Shown piece after piece: positions 11,871 to 22,732 of a stretch of 64,000 nt of DNA. Origin of the DNA: Camelus dromedarius (Eukaryota); contig NC_087437.1 in NCBI RefSeq assembly GCF_036321535.1, positions 53,880,001 through 53,944,000 on the forward strand. Reading direction: 5' to 3'. The first letter of the stretch is position 1; every line of letters begins with the position of its first letter. A program made the translations under genes and the position numbers. Under the pieces are notes generated by a model. That model was not told where the DNA came from. It did not search any database and saw only the letters and a program-made list of their open reading frames with translations.

Positions 11871-13425
11871 GTTCCAGTGTTCCTCATGCCAACGAAGGTG
11901 GGCTTCTGCCCAAGTGCAGATTCTATGTCACATGAAATTGGAGCCCCGGAAGTCCCAGGGGCAGGTGCTTATGAGGACTTTTGCTCAGAGGTGCCGGAAG
12001 TGTTCCCGGTCTCAATTTGAGAAGCCTGAGTTCTCCCTGGATAGCACCCAGAGGATTCTGAACAACCTGGTACAGCATATTCTAGAAAAATTCTACAGAA
12101 ATGGCGTCAAGGTTTCAGAGATACCAGTGAAACTGGAGGTGCCTTTGGATGGGTCCCATGACACAGCCAATTGTGAGGCATGCACCCTGGGCTTCTGTAT
12201 GAAGAACTTACAAAACTGCATGACAGAGCCATCCAAATCCCCTCTATCCCACATGGAGATTAGGAGTTCCTCTGATTGCATTGGTGATGTGTGTGGCCAA
12301 AACCTACCCAGGAACCGGTCAGCAGAGGCAAAGGAGACTCAGGGGAGTGGGTATTCCTGTGCTCATAAGGGCTCAAGGCCTAGCCATGCTGCTGCAAGGA
12401 CCCAAGTGCCTGGGGCAGATCCTCAGCCCAAAGGGGACACAGGCCAACTGCTCACACCAGGGGCAGACCGGCAAGCCACACGGGGAACAGGCCCCCAGTC
12501 CATTCGAGTAGCAAGATTACTTCCCTCAGAGTGGACAGACCCACAGCCCATACAAGAAGGAGGCCCACTACCTGCAGGGTGGGGACATTCACAGTCCACA
12601 CTGGGGACAGGACCAAAGGCCCCATGGAAGACATATTCTCAGGCTGTAAGGATGAAAAGCCAACAGTCGGCACAGGAGGAACAAGCCACACAAGGGGCAG
12701 GTCTTCAGGCCACAAGGGTGACACACCCACAGCCCACGAAGGGGACAATCCCAAGGGCCACATCAGGATCAGACACTCAGGCTACAGGGAAGGCAGGCAC
12801 CCCAACACTAGGGTCAAACCCACAGCACACACAGGGGGCAATCCCAAAGGCCACAGCAGCGTCAGGCACTCAGGTTACAGGGAGGGCAGGCACCCCAACA
12901 CCAGGGTCAAACTCACAGCCCACACAGGGGGCAATCCCAAAGGCCACAGCAGGGTTAGGCAGTCAGGCTACAGGGAGGGCAGGCACCCCAACACCAGGGT
13001 CAAACTCACAGCCCACACAGGGGGCAATCCCACAGGCCACAGCAGCATCAGGCACTCAGGCTACAGGGAGGGCAGGCACCCCAACACCAGGGTCAAACTC
13101 ACAGCCCACACAGGGGGCAATCCCAAAGGCCACAGCAGCATCAGGCACTCAGGCTACAGGGAGGGCAGGCACCCCAACACTAGGGTCAAACTCACAGCAG
13201 ACACTGAAGGCAGGCCACAAATGTGGGCCTGGGACCTACAGCGGAACCCAAGCTGCCTGGGGCAGGCAGGAGGGGTGCTCACCCAGAGGGGCTGCTTCAG
13301 ACAGCATTTGCAGAGTCTCTCCCTCAAGGCTACCAAATGATTCCCTTGGCCAAGAGCAGTTGTTCAGATTGGGCTATGTCTGTGTTGTTGCTCTGTTTAC
13401 CTTTCTTGTATCCAGATACTTATAA
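11871..13425 (+). CDS. RTP4: RTP4 coding exon 2: zf-3CxxC domain, expanded repetitive disordered region, C-terminal hydrophobic anchor
   Basis: Acceptor cttcttccttctgtttgcag|G is phase-compatible with exon 1 (AG+G=Arg). Reads FQCSSCQRRWASAQVQILCH...QRCRKC...HDTANCEACTLG (three CxxC motifs) and ends LGYVCVVALFTFLVSRYL-TAA. Spliced CDS is 1737 nt = 578 aa (569 aa from the second ATG). Confidence 0.95.
12718..13182 (+). repeat. Coding minisatellite, 5 x 93 nt (31 aa), in RTP4 exon 2
   Basis: gggtcaaac recurs at 12811, 12904, 12997, 13090 and 13183 (exact 93-nt period). Consensus GSNSQPTQGAIPKATAASGTQATGRAGTPTP. Confidence 0.98.
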
Positions 13426-13756
13426 CAAAGAAACGTTATGATGAAACCAAAAATGAAGACTTCTCTTCTCTTGTCTTAATTCCATAGTAATCAGTGAATT
13501 GGCTGCCATTTTAATATTGACAGAGAATTTGCTCTGAGACCAATGCAGGATCAAGTTTATAGAATAAGCACTGGTTTCTGGACCTCCTTTGCAGATAGTT
13601 CGAAACATGACCTATCAGATAATGGACCCAATAATGAATATTTGTTAAATCATTCGAAGGTTTTGGCTCATTCATTCACTCATTCATTGATATCAATATA
13701 TATGTAGACCATAGGCTGACAAGAACTAAGGGTTCTGAGTGTTACCAGAAAGTTAT

Positions 13757-14259
13757 TGTAGTAGACTGAATAATGGTTCCCCGAAGATATCCATGTCCTA
13801 ATCTCCAGAACCTGTAATATGTTTGTAATATATAAAGTATATAATACTTTACGTGGCTAAAGGGACTTTTCAGATGTAATTAATTTAAGGATCTTGAAAC
13901 AAGGAGATTATCCTGGATTATCCAAATGGACCAATGTAATCACAAGGGTCCTTATACGAGGGTTAAAGTCAGAAAAAAAATTTTAAGGATACAATCAGAG
14001 ATTGAAGTGATGAGCTCTGAAGATAGAGGAAGAGGCCATGAGTCAAGGTATACAGGCAGCATTTAGAAGCTCATAAAGGCAAAGAAATAGATTCTCCCCT
14101 ACAGCCTCAGAAGGAACCAGCTCTGCTGACACATGACGTTAGCCCAGTGAGACTGATTTTAGATTTCTAACCTCCAGAACTATAAGATAGTAAGTTTGTG
14201 TTGCTTTAAGGCACTGAATTTATGATAATTTGTTACAGTAGCAACAGGAAACTAATACA
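13757..14259 (+). mobile_element. MaLR solo LTR (MLT1C/D-like) with perfect 5-bp TSD GTTAT
   Basis: Starts tgtagtagactgaataatgg, ends tttgttacagtagcaacaggaaactaataca. GTTAT at 13752-13756 and 14260-14264. Confidence 0.9.
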
Positions 14260-14387
14260 GTTATCAATATCACTGCAGATATCAGGCAATTATGTTTTAG
14301 GTATGCTTCAGTTTTAACAACAACAAAAGAGTGTTTTATTGATTAGAAATATTAATATACCTATCCCCTCTTATTCTTTTTCCTCTC

Positions 14388-14493
14388 CTACTTAAACCCA
14401 CCCAAATATCCCAATCCTAAAGAGATTTTCTAAAGAGTCATCAAATCAAAGGAAACCTGTTTAGGATGGAGATATTTGGGTGGGCTTAAGTAG
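14388..14493. repeat. Inverted repeat: 34-bp arms (31/34 complementary), 38-nt spacer
   Basis: ctacttaaacccacccaaatatcccaatcctaaa (14388-14421) versus tttaggatggagatatttgggtgggcttaagtag (14460-14493). Confidence 0.9.
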
Positions 14494-16105
14494 TTTGGTG
14501 ACCATAGGAGTTATCATATTCTTTCACTCCTTCCAGCACTGGAGTGGGAAGCATGTAAGAACTTGCCAGTCCTGAGATCTTGTGACACATGGCTACACCT
14601 TTCACTACCTATTTCCATATGTCTGCTAGACATTTCCACATGGTTCTCATATCGCCGTATCTACATCCTCACATTCAAAACCACGCTCATCAACGTCTCT
14701 GACTTTCCTGTTCTAATTTGCCCTAGTCATCCAAGCTTACCTCAGTCATATTTAATGTCTCCTCCTTGTCACCAGTGCTTATTGTCCCTTCTTCTGTCAA
14801 GTTATTCCTTATCCACTGTTCCCCTATAAACCCTTCTCCTCAAACAGTTCAGGAATTTGAATTATTGAAATAATGAGGGGATTTGGATTTTACCTCATAC
14901 GTAATGGGGAGTCATTGCAAACATCTGAGACTATGGGCAATCTGAGTAGAATCATATTTTGAAAACACCATATATTTCTGGGAAATAATAGAGTATAGGA
15001 TAGAAACAGTGAGGAGTCTGGCTTGAAAAAGAAGAGTGGTAAACACATAGAAAGGTTCTTATAGATAATAAATATCTTGAAGGAATTTGAAGACAGTGAA
15101 ACACAAGATGCAGGAAAACCCACGGATGAAAACCTTTCCTTTTTTCCTAACCACCTCTTTTCATTTCCTCTCAGGCCACTCTCATCAGTACTCTGCTTTT
15201 ATATATTCCCACATCCCCAAAGCACGCTACTAAATGTGTGCATTCCTCTTGTTTTCATACCTTTTTGGTTCTTTCACAAAGAACATTCACCTGGAGACTA
15301 GAGATTTTATTTCTAGCTTGGTTGTGTAATATGACCTGGGGTAAGTCATCATCCTTCCCTGAGCCTCAGCTTCTCCATCTCTATAATAGGTTAATAACTT
15401 CTAATTAAACATGGTGGATTGAACATATGCATTTCCTTCTGATCACGCTTGCAATCCTACTGTGTGATGTAAAAGGGGGAAAAGGGCATCAATACACAAG
15501 GGCAAAGAGAATGGCTAGAAGCTAGAAAACTGATGGACTAGTGATAGGGAAATGACTTAGCAGAGTAGAGAAATCTGGAATAGAAGTTAGGCAAGGGAAA
15601 ACTGAGGTGCAAGGCAAATGATGTGGTACAATTTCAGAAAAACTAAAAAACTGTAGGCAATAAGTAGCTCTGAATGTGGGTATTAGGAAGCCTGAAGTGG
15701 GAGGATTGGTTGAAAGCCTCTATATAAATTTCCTTTTCCCCACTCCTATGCAGCCTGGTAACTACTCTTAACTTACTCCAGGATGAACAGTGGAGGTTTA
15801 TTCTCTGAAGACATTGACCCAAAGGGACTCTGGGCTCAGGGACTCAGGCATAGTTAAGGGAGGGAGTACCACCTAGCAATCAGAAAGACAGTGAAAGTTT
15901 ACATACTGAATAGATGCACTCCCTTAGCCCGCTACCAAACTTAGAAGGCAGCATTATATCCTACCCATCGTCCCCTCAAATACACGGATAATGGACAGTT
16001 CCTCATTGGGAAAACTGATCAGCTCAACAGAAAAAAAAAAAAAAACCCACATACTGAAATGGGGGAAGGGGGTCTGTCCAATGGAATTACCAACTCAGAT
16101 CATGT

Positions 16106-16190
16106 AGTACTGTAGCACATATTTATTGAAAAAATCTGCATGTTAGTGGACTCATGCAGTTCAAATCCATGTTGTTCAAGGGTCAACTAT
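16106..16190. mobile_element. Tigger2/MER8-like TcMar terminal fragment
   Basis: atttattgaaaaaatctgcatgttagtggactcatgcagttcaaatccatgttgttcaagggtcaacta matches the Tigger2-family terminus. Confidence 0.7.
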
Positions 16191-18054
16191 ATATAAACTA
16201 TTAGAAATAATAAGGGGAACAATTATGTGCGTAAGGAAAGTAGGATGTGATTTTGGCTAAGAAAAGGTATGAGATATGGAGGTGCTTTTTTGTTAACAGA
16301 AAAGAAAGTAAATTTGTCCTAAAGTAAAACTGGCTATTTTAGAATGAAATGAGGAAAATAGAGAAGCAGAGGACAAATTAAGGGTATATATACACATATA
16401 TATATTAGAGAAAGAGAGAGAGAAGGATTTTATCTTGTCTAATCAAGTTGGCTAAAATTGAATTATTAAAAGGGTTTTTAAAATAAAACTAAATCTTGAA
16501 TTTCTTTTTTAATCTACTGAAAGGACAAAGTTTTACTGGATTGTTGGTATGCTCCTGATAAGAGATTGTGAAAAGTTTTTCTTTACCTATTAAGTAATCT
16601 GGCTAAAAAACAGAAGTTCTATGTTCTATCAAAATAATTTCCTGTGCTTCATGTAGTCTCAATAAGATCTTTGATAACTGAATCTTCTCAGTGCTAAGAG
16701 TAAAGTTTTGTTAACAACTATGTAACCTTCTGCATTTGCTTTTGAAATACTTTATCACTTTGTCAAATAGATGATTTAAGTATTGTTTCATAATGATCTG
16801 TAATCTTATTTAGTCGAGTCCAAACCTGTTGATATTTTTGACAAATTTCCCAAAATTAAAATCTAAATGTAGTCTTTTGACCTCAGACTAACTTTGGGAC
16901 TTCCCAGAGGGCCTCTGGAATGTCTCAAAAGAATGTCTCCTCTACAAGGAGAGATGCTGAATTAATTAGGTTTGTTTGATATGTTGGATTACATAGGAAG
17001 CATTGCCAAATAAATGATACTAAACCTCCTTAGATTATATTTATGTGGCTGTTATTAATATAAGTGTTCCAGAAATTATATGCAATCTGATATGTCCTGG
17101 TATGTTATCACTTTTAATTCTGGTTATTGCCTTGAAGTGTCACAGAAATAAGAAAATTTCCTTGTCAACTGCATTATAATGAAGTTTCATGAGATCTTTA
17201 GCCATGGCCATTTTAAAGCCTTGGTCATTTACAGAGTTACTCTTTTACTTTGATGCTTTTGCAAATACATGTAATCTTCAGAGAGATTCATGGAAAGGAC
17301 TCAAACAAGTACTCTAGAACACATATTTCTGATAATATCAAGGTCATAAAACTGAACTGAGTAGGGATTTCCAGAACTAAGGGACAAACTGGATTCCAGC
17401 AGAATAAGAATTAATAACGTGGGACAGAATAAACCAATGAGGATGATTACAATTGCTATGATTTTTTATTTGAAACATCACCAATTTTTAAAAAAGTTTT
17501 AGTTTTTCCAGATTTGAGGAAAACTTTCCCCCTTTTATCTTAAGCTACCAACAAAGATGACACATTTATCTTTTTCTCCCTTCCCAGTTCCCCCAGAATT
17601 TGGAAACTCTCAATGAGTATTCTTACTTTCATAGTCATATATTTATTTGCATAAGTTCAATAAAAATCTGTTCTTGTAAGAGGACACTATTGGAAACACT
17701 GACTATATTATCAAGGCTTTGACTAAGATGTCAGATTTGAGACTGTGTATAGACTCAGATATGACCAGATAGCTTTAAGGAACTAAGGCTGACTTTATGA
17801 AGCCAATAAAATCCCTTGGAAATATTGGCTTGCCTTTGTTTACAGAATTCCTAGCAGCCTAACCAAGTGAATAAGGGAAGTCACTTCCTGGCAGGTACAG
17901 GAAGCTCAGGACTTGAAAAGAGGAATTCATCGAAATCTATTAATATAGCAGGATATATCTGATGGCAAGTCCTTAACTTGGTTTCCTGGCCTCAATAGGT
18001 TTTAAAGTTCAACCTGTTTTTTTGGTTTGTTTGTTTTTTAAGAAAAGTTCCAGT

Positions 18055-18188
18055 GGGGAGGGTATAGCTCAAGTGGTAGACTGCATGCTTAGCACACATG
18101 GAGTCCTGGGTTCAACCCCCAGTACGTCCTCTAAGAATAACTAAATAATAAATAAACCTAATTACCTTCCCCACCAAAAACAAAAAAC
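18055..18188 (+). mobile_element. tRNA-derived SINE (camelid vic-1-like)
   Basis: ggggagggtatagctcaagtggtaga (A box)...gggttcaacccc (B box), A-rich tail, imperfect TSD aaagttccag/aaagtttcag. Confidence 0.88.
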
Positions 18189-18400
18189 AAAGTTTCAGCA
18201 AAACAGATTTAAATGAGCCTCTCTGATCAATTGCTATTCTTGCTATACTTGAATAAATAATCAAATTTTTTTGGAACTAGATGTATTTTGCAAAGAAATT
18301 AGACTTAATTTGACTGTCTTTGGTAGAAATGAGGGTGATTTTAGAGAGAAAAATTGTATTTCAGTAAGACACTTTTGTGTATATGAGATTCCAGTGCGAA

Positions 18401-18510
18401 GGGTGAGGGGTATAGCTCAGTGGTAGAGTGCATGCTTGGCGTGCAGGAGGTCCTGGGTTTAATACCCAGTGCCTCTGCTACGGGAAAAACAAAAAACAAA
18501 AAACAAAACC
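18401..18510 (+). mobile_element. tRNA-derived SINE (vic-1-like, short form)
   Basis: ggggtatagctcagtggtagagtgcatgct...ggtcctgggtttaatacccag with an (A)nC tail. Confidence 0.85.
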
Positions 18511-19143
18511 AGATATAGTGAGGTTTTGTTATTTACCTGTAAACTGGACTGAATCCTGAATTCTTCTAGTTTCCTCCAATATCTGGCTATACCTCTCCAA
18601 ACTAATATTTCCAATTCTTTTACCCTTTTGACTTGAAATCACTACGAACATAAGCTGCCCCTTTCCCTGAAACCCTGCAACCTAAATGTGAATGACTTGA
18701 TACAAGCTTCAGAGCAATCAACATAACAGCTTATGTTTAGACAATTTTTGTGTTTGTCGTTGTGTGGGCCACTCAGAAAGTTTACCCGAACGTGTGATGA
18801 CATCATCAGAGACATTCAAACTACAAAAGATGCTTTGACCCCATCTAGAAATCTTCTCGACAGTCTGTCCTCAGAACTCAGACTGGGTTTTCAGTCTGCT
18901 GTAATCATTAACCTTTGTTTTTCTTTTGTTTCCACAGAAACCTTATTAAATACCTGATTTCTCACATTATATAGGTCTAATTTGGGGAGCCCACATACAA
19001 GACCACCTCCTGAAATGAGACACAACTATTCAACTGAACTGACCTATTCTCAAGACTGAGACAGATTTAATGAGATATGGAGCAATCTATCAGCTTAGCT
19101 TCTGGATTGTGAAACTTCTTGGTGGAAGTTTCAAAGGCAGGAC

Positions 19144-19695
19144 TGAAGGGGAGCAGAATCTGTCATCCTAACGTATGCCTCTTTGGCAAAAGGATTATTT
19201 TAGGCCAATTACTTTTAAGAAACAGCAGACAGCGGAAAAGCTCTGAGAACTGAGTAGAAGTTACCCTTTTGTAAACAATATTTACATTTATAAGGGAAAT
19301 CTCTGTGTGAGGATGTCTCCTTCTCTGTACCAGGAAGAGAAGAGTGACTCTAAATCTCGAGAAACTCTTACACTCTTACCAATGGAGAAGGCAAGGACTT
19401 AAGTCTGCGTGACAACCTTACACTATTTCCTGTGCTTTTCTTGGTCACCTCCTATAACTGATTCCCCACCCTCAATATCTTCTTTTGTCTTTAGCTGAAG
19501 ATGGTATTTAACATGATGACTCTGATCATCTTGGGGAGTTACTCAGTTTCCCTGGGTTTCTCCCATGTATACAGGAGGTATACATGTTATTAAATTTTGT
19601 TTGACTTTCTCCTGTTAATCTGTCTTATAATTTAATTATTAGGCCAGACAAAAAACCTAGAAGGAAGGAAGGGAAAATCTTTTGACCCCTAGGCA
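19144..19695 (+). mobile_element. ERV1 3' LTR (MER34-like)
   Basis: tgaaggggagcagaat...tatgcctctttggcaaaaggattatttt...aagaaacagcagac...gagtagaagttacccttttgtaa resembles the MER34-family LTR start. Confidence 0.75.
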
Positions 19696-22374
19696 GCCTA
19701 GCAAACATTACTCCATCCCCATGCTGGGTAATTAAATTACGAATAACCGACTGGGATGTTACTGGAGGGAAGAAAGAAATGAAGAGAAATTCAGCAGCAG
19801 CTCATCAAGCCATGGGGAAGTATTATCTATCAGACAGTCCAGGCAGCCAAGCCAGGAACAGAAACAGAAAAATATTTATTTTATGAACACTGTAAGCACT
19901 GATGTAATTCTCAGCAAACAGAGATCTGACCCGGGAAGGCTCAGCAAAAAACTGTTAACAAAATCAGTCATCTCTAGAAATGGAAAAGTTTTTCTAAATA
20001 TTGGTCATTAATTATAGTCCAGGGCCAAGAGCTATGGATTTCAAGGAATGCTGAATGCATCCACTGACATTTCTTGACCTGCCTTTCTTGTTCCATGCTT
20101 CCATCTATCCTTTACATCTTCACCCCTGGCTAACTCAAGGCACTTTCAGTTTAAGTATGATGTCTGAACATCCTCAGGCCAGTAAATCAGAGGAAGAGAA
20201 GACTCTGGAGATTTGGAAGGACAGATTCATCAGCTGTCAGAGCTGGAAGCAGGTTTAGAGAGGAATCCTGACCCAGCCCTTTGCAGCAGTGGGAGTGAGG
20301 GGAGAAACTGACCCCTGCTGCCTCAGTGGAGGCCAAATGTCACCAATTTCCATTTAAAGATGTCAAAGAGGTGAACACTCAGGGGTGAATTAACCTAAAA
20401 GCTTGGGGTGTGAAACTAGGAATTTCTGAGGTTTATATATTGGGAAGTAGGGAATGGTTGGGAGAGGTAAAGGTGGGGGAATGGGAATAAATCAGGTGAA
20501 ACAACATGGTCTTGCTCCTGGGAACTTCCAAACAAGCAGTGTTCTGGTGTGAAATGACCACCTCTCTCTGGGACTGGATGGCAGGGAATGGTGCTGGCAG
20601 GCACTAATTCTCAGCTCTGGAGAGTGGCCCTTTCTCCAGAGACCCTGGGAAGCTGGGAAATAGGGGCCCAGGTGGCTTAGGGGCTCAGATACCTTAGAAT
20701 GAGCTCTTAGAGATCCTCTAGTCCTAATGCATTTTTTAACAGACAAGAAAACCAAATCTTCAGAGGCAGAAGTGAATTGCCTGTTAAAGCATAATTTTCA
20801 AAAAGGTACAAATAATGTCTCTCATACAGATGTTAAATGAATAGGTTTTAAAAATTTTATTGAGCTCATTAATTAATGAGAAAAGCATTAAGATTTAAAA
20901 CCAGCCCAAAGAACATTTGAGAAGCTAGATATGTATAGGCAATTTAAAGGCTTGCTGGGTTCAAAGCTATACAAAAACTGGTTCATGTTTAACAGGATCA
21001 TAAACCATAAACTTTCAGACTACTGTTTCCACTGGGAAGAAATTATCTGCATCTTTACTGGACAAAATTTTCCAAATAAGCCTTTGCCTTATAGTGAAGT
21101 AAAATCATCCAATATATAGAAAGTCAAATCCACACTAAAAGAACACCCAATAATTTATCTTGCCTATTTCTAAGTTTCAGACAAGTTTTTAAAAACTTGT
21201 CCAAGATAACACTGGTAATTGCTAGCAGATGTAGGATGATACTGAAGTCTCATTATGCTCAGCCCAATATTATGGTCCTTGCCACAGAATTCAGAAAGAT
21301 CAAGATGTACAAGAGCCAAATGATGAATGGAAGTAAGGGCTGCTTAAGGAAGTGGTGTATTCCCTACTCTGGTCTGCCCAGCCCATCCACTCCCTTAAGG
21401 TATTGCTTATGAAACACTGACCAGTGGGGAAGCCCAGACTGGGTTTTTGTTCTCATATTTCCCAAACCCCAGGTATGATCTCAGTTCTCTCCTCCTTCCC
21501 TCCAGTGCTCTACAGAATTCCTTAATCACCCTCTCCCACCCGCCTACCCACAAACACAGTCCTCATACTGACAGTCTCTAGGCTCCTTTCCTGCATATTC
21601 TCTATAGGAACCTTCATTAGATGTGTTCCAGTAAGGCTAGAAGACATCTTGGTGGAGATGTTAACTAAAGGGTTTAAGACTGGATGTGCTTGGTTGGCAT
21701 AGGTATCCATGAAGGTTCTTCCACTTCTTAAATTCAAGGATTCTGTAATAGTTTACTCCCCAGTATGGGAGTAAGAACTTCATGTAGAACCTAGGAAGCC
21801 TCAACTGGATTTGCAAAGCTGGCATTGATTTTTTGGCTTTAGGAAAACTCTAATTTCTTGGCTTTTCATTAGAGTGAATACTAATGACCTTCCTTCTGGG
21901 AGGGCTCTGAGGATAAGCGAGTTACTATTTGCCAAGAGATTTGGAAGCCTGAGACAAGTGACACTGAGTTGCTCACTAACTATGTATGACAAGGCATGTG
22001 TACAAACACCCATCCTTTTGTTCTTGCCAGATCTTTGTGGGTGGCAGAGCTTGGAATAATTTCATTACCAGAGTTAATCAGACTTGCCAGTGTCTCTGGA
22101 AGATTGCCTTTTTCATAATCACTTTGTTTGTCTGAAATAGAATTCAGGTAGGTAAGAAATGGGGATAGTGCAGGGGTAGCTATTAACCCTTCAAAAGATA
22201 ACAGCATGGGAATGAATCGTCTAGCCCCAGGCCCTGATTCTGAGGCTTGCGTTTGCATTCTTTTTATCTTCTAGATAAAAAGAAGAGAAAATGTCTAAGA
22301 AGGAGGAATTTCTTTGTGGCTAGGGTTGAGAGAGAGAGAGAGAGAGAGAAATGGAGCCTAGAAAAGAGTCACTT

Positions 22375-22732
22375 GTGCTAAGCCCCATATCATAAAACCA
22401 GGACTTAATACCTAACAATTACAGTTTCAGCCTCTCCCAGGAATGGAATCTTAAATCAGTCAATATGGAGTTACCTGGTCAGCACTAGTGCCATAATCTG
22501 CCTGATAGTCCCCTGCTGTCCCCTAAAGGAAGGTGACCTTACCACAACCAATCCATTCTTTGCTAGTGTAATTTCCACGTCCTGCTCCCTTCTGTCTTTA
22601 AAAGTTTTTCATTTTGTACAGGTCTTCAGAGCTCCTTTCTATCTGCTAGATGGGATCTGCTCAATTAATGATTCATTGAATAAAGCCAATAAGATCTTCA
22701 AAATTTACTCAGTTCAATTTTGTTTTTTAACA
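22375..22732 (+). mobile_element. ERV1-type LTR, 3' portion
   Basis: TATA-like tttaaaag, then aataaagccaataagatcttc...ttttgttttttaaca LTR terminus. Confidence 0.6.

Larger units (their letters stand above)
16191..19143 (+). mobile_element. Non-coding ERV1 internal sequence (MER34/MER4-group-like), interrupted by two SINEs
   Basis: AT-rich MER4-group-type internal sequence ending in a purine-rich tract (gaagtttcaaaggcaggac) directly before an LTR. No gag/pol/env ORF. Confidence 0.65.

Noticed and set aside
12843..13128. C CCA AAG heptamers in the RTP4 frame as -1 frameshift sites into the overlapping ORF
   Set aside because: They fit X XXY YYZ, but Z=G is a poor slippery site in eukaryotes, and I see no downstream stimulatory structure.
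12718..13182. CRISPR-like array
   Set aside because: Head-to-tail coding repeats with no unique spacers, in mammalian DNA.
18055..18510. tRNA genes suggested by A/B boxes (also at 58358-58513)
   Set aside because: A-rich tails, TSDs and degenerate stems identify them as tRNA-derived SINEs.
16191..19143. Captured retroviral env/gag gene
   Set aside because: The longest ORF in the track is 74 aa, with no retroviral protein motifs.
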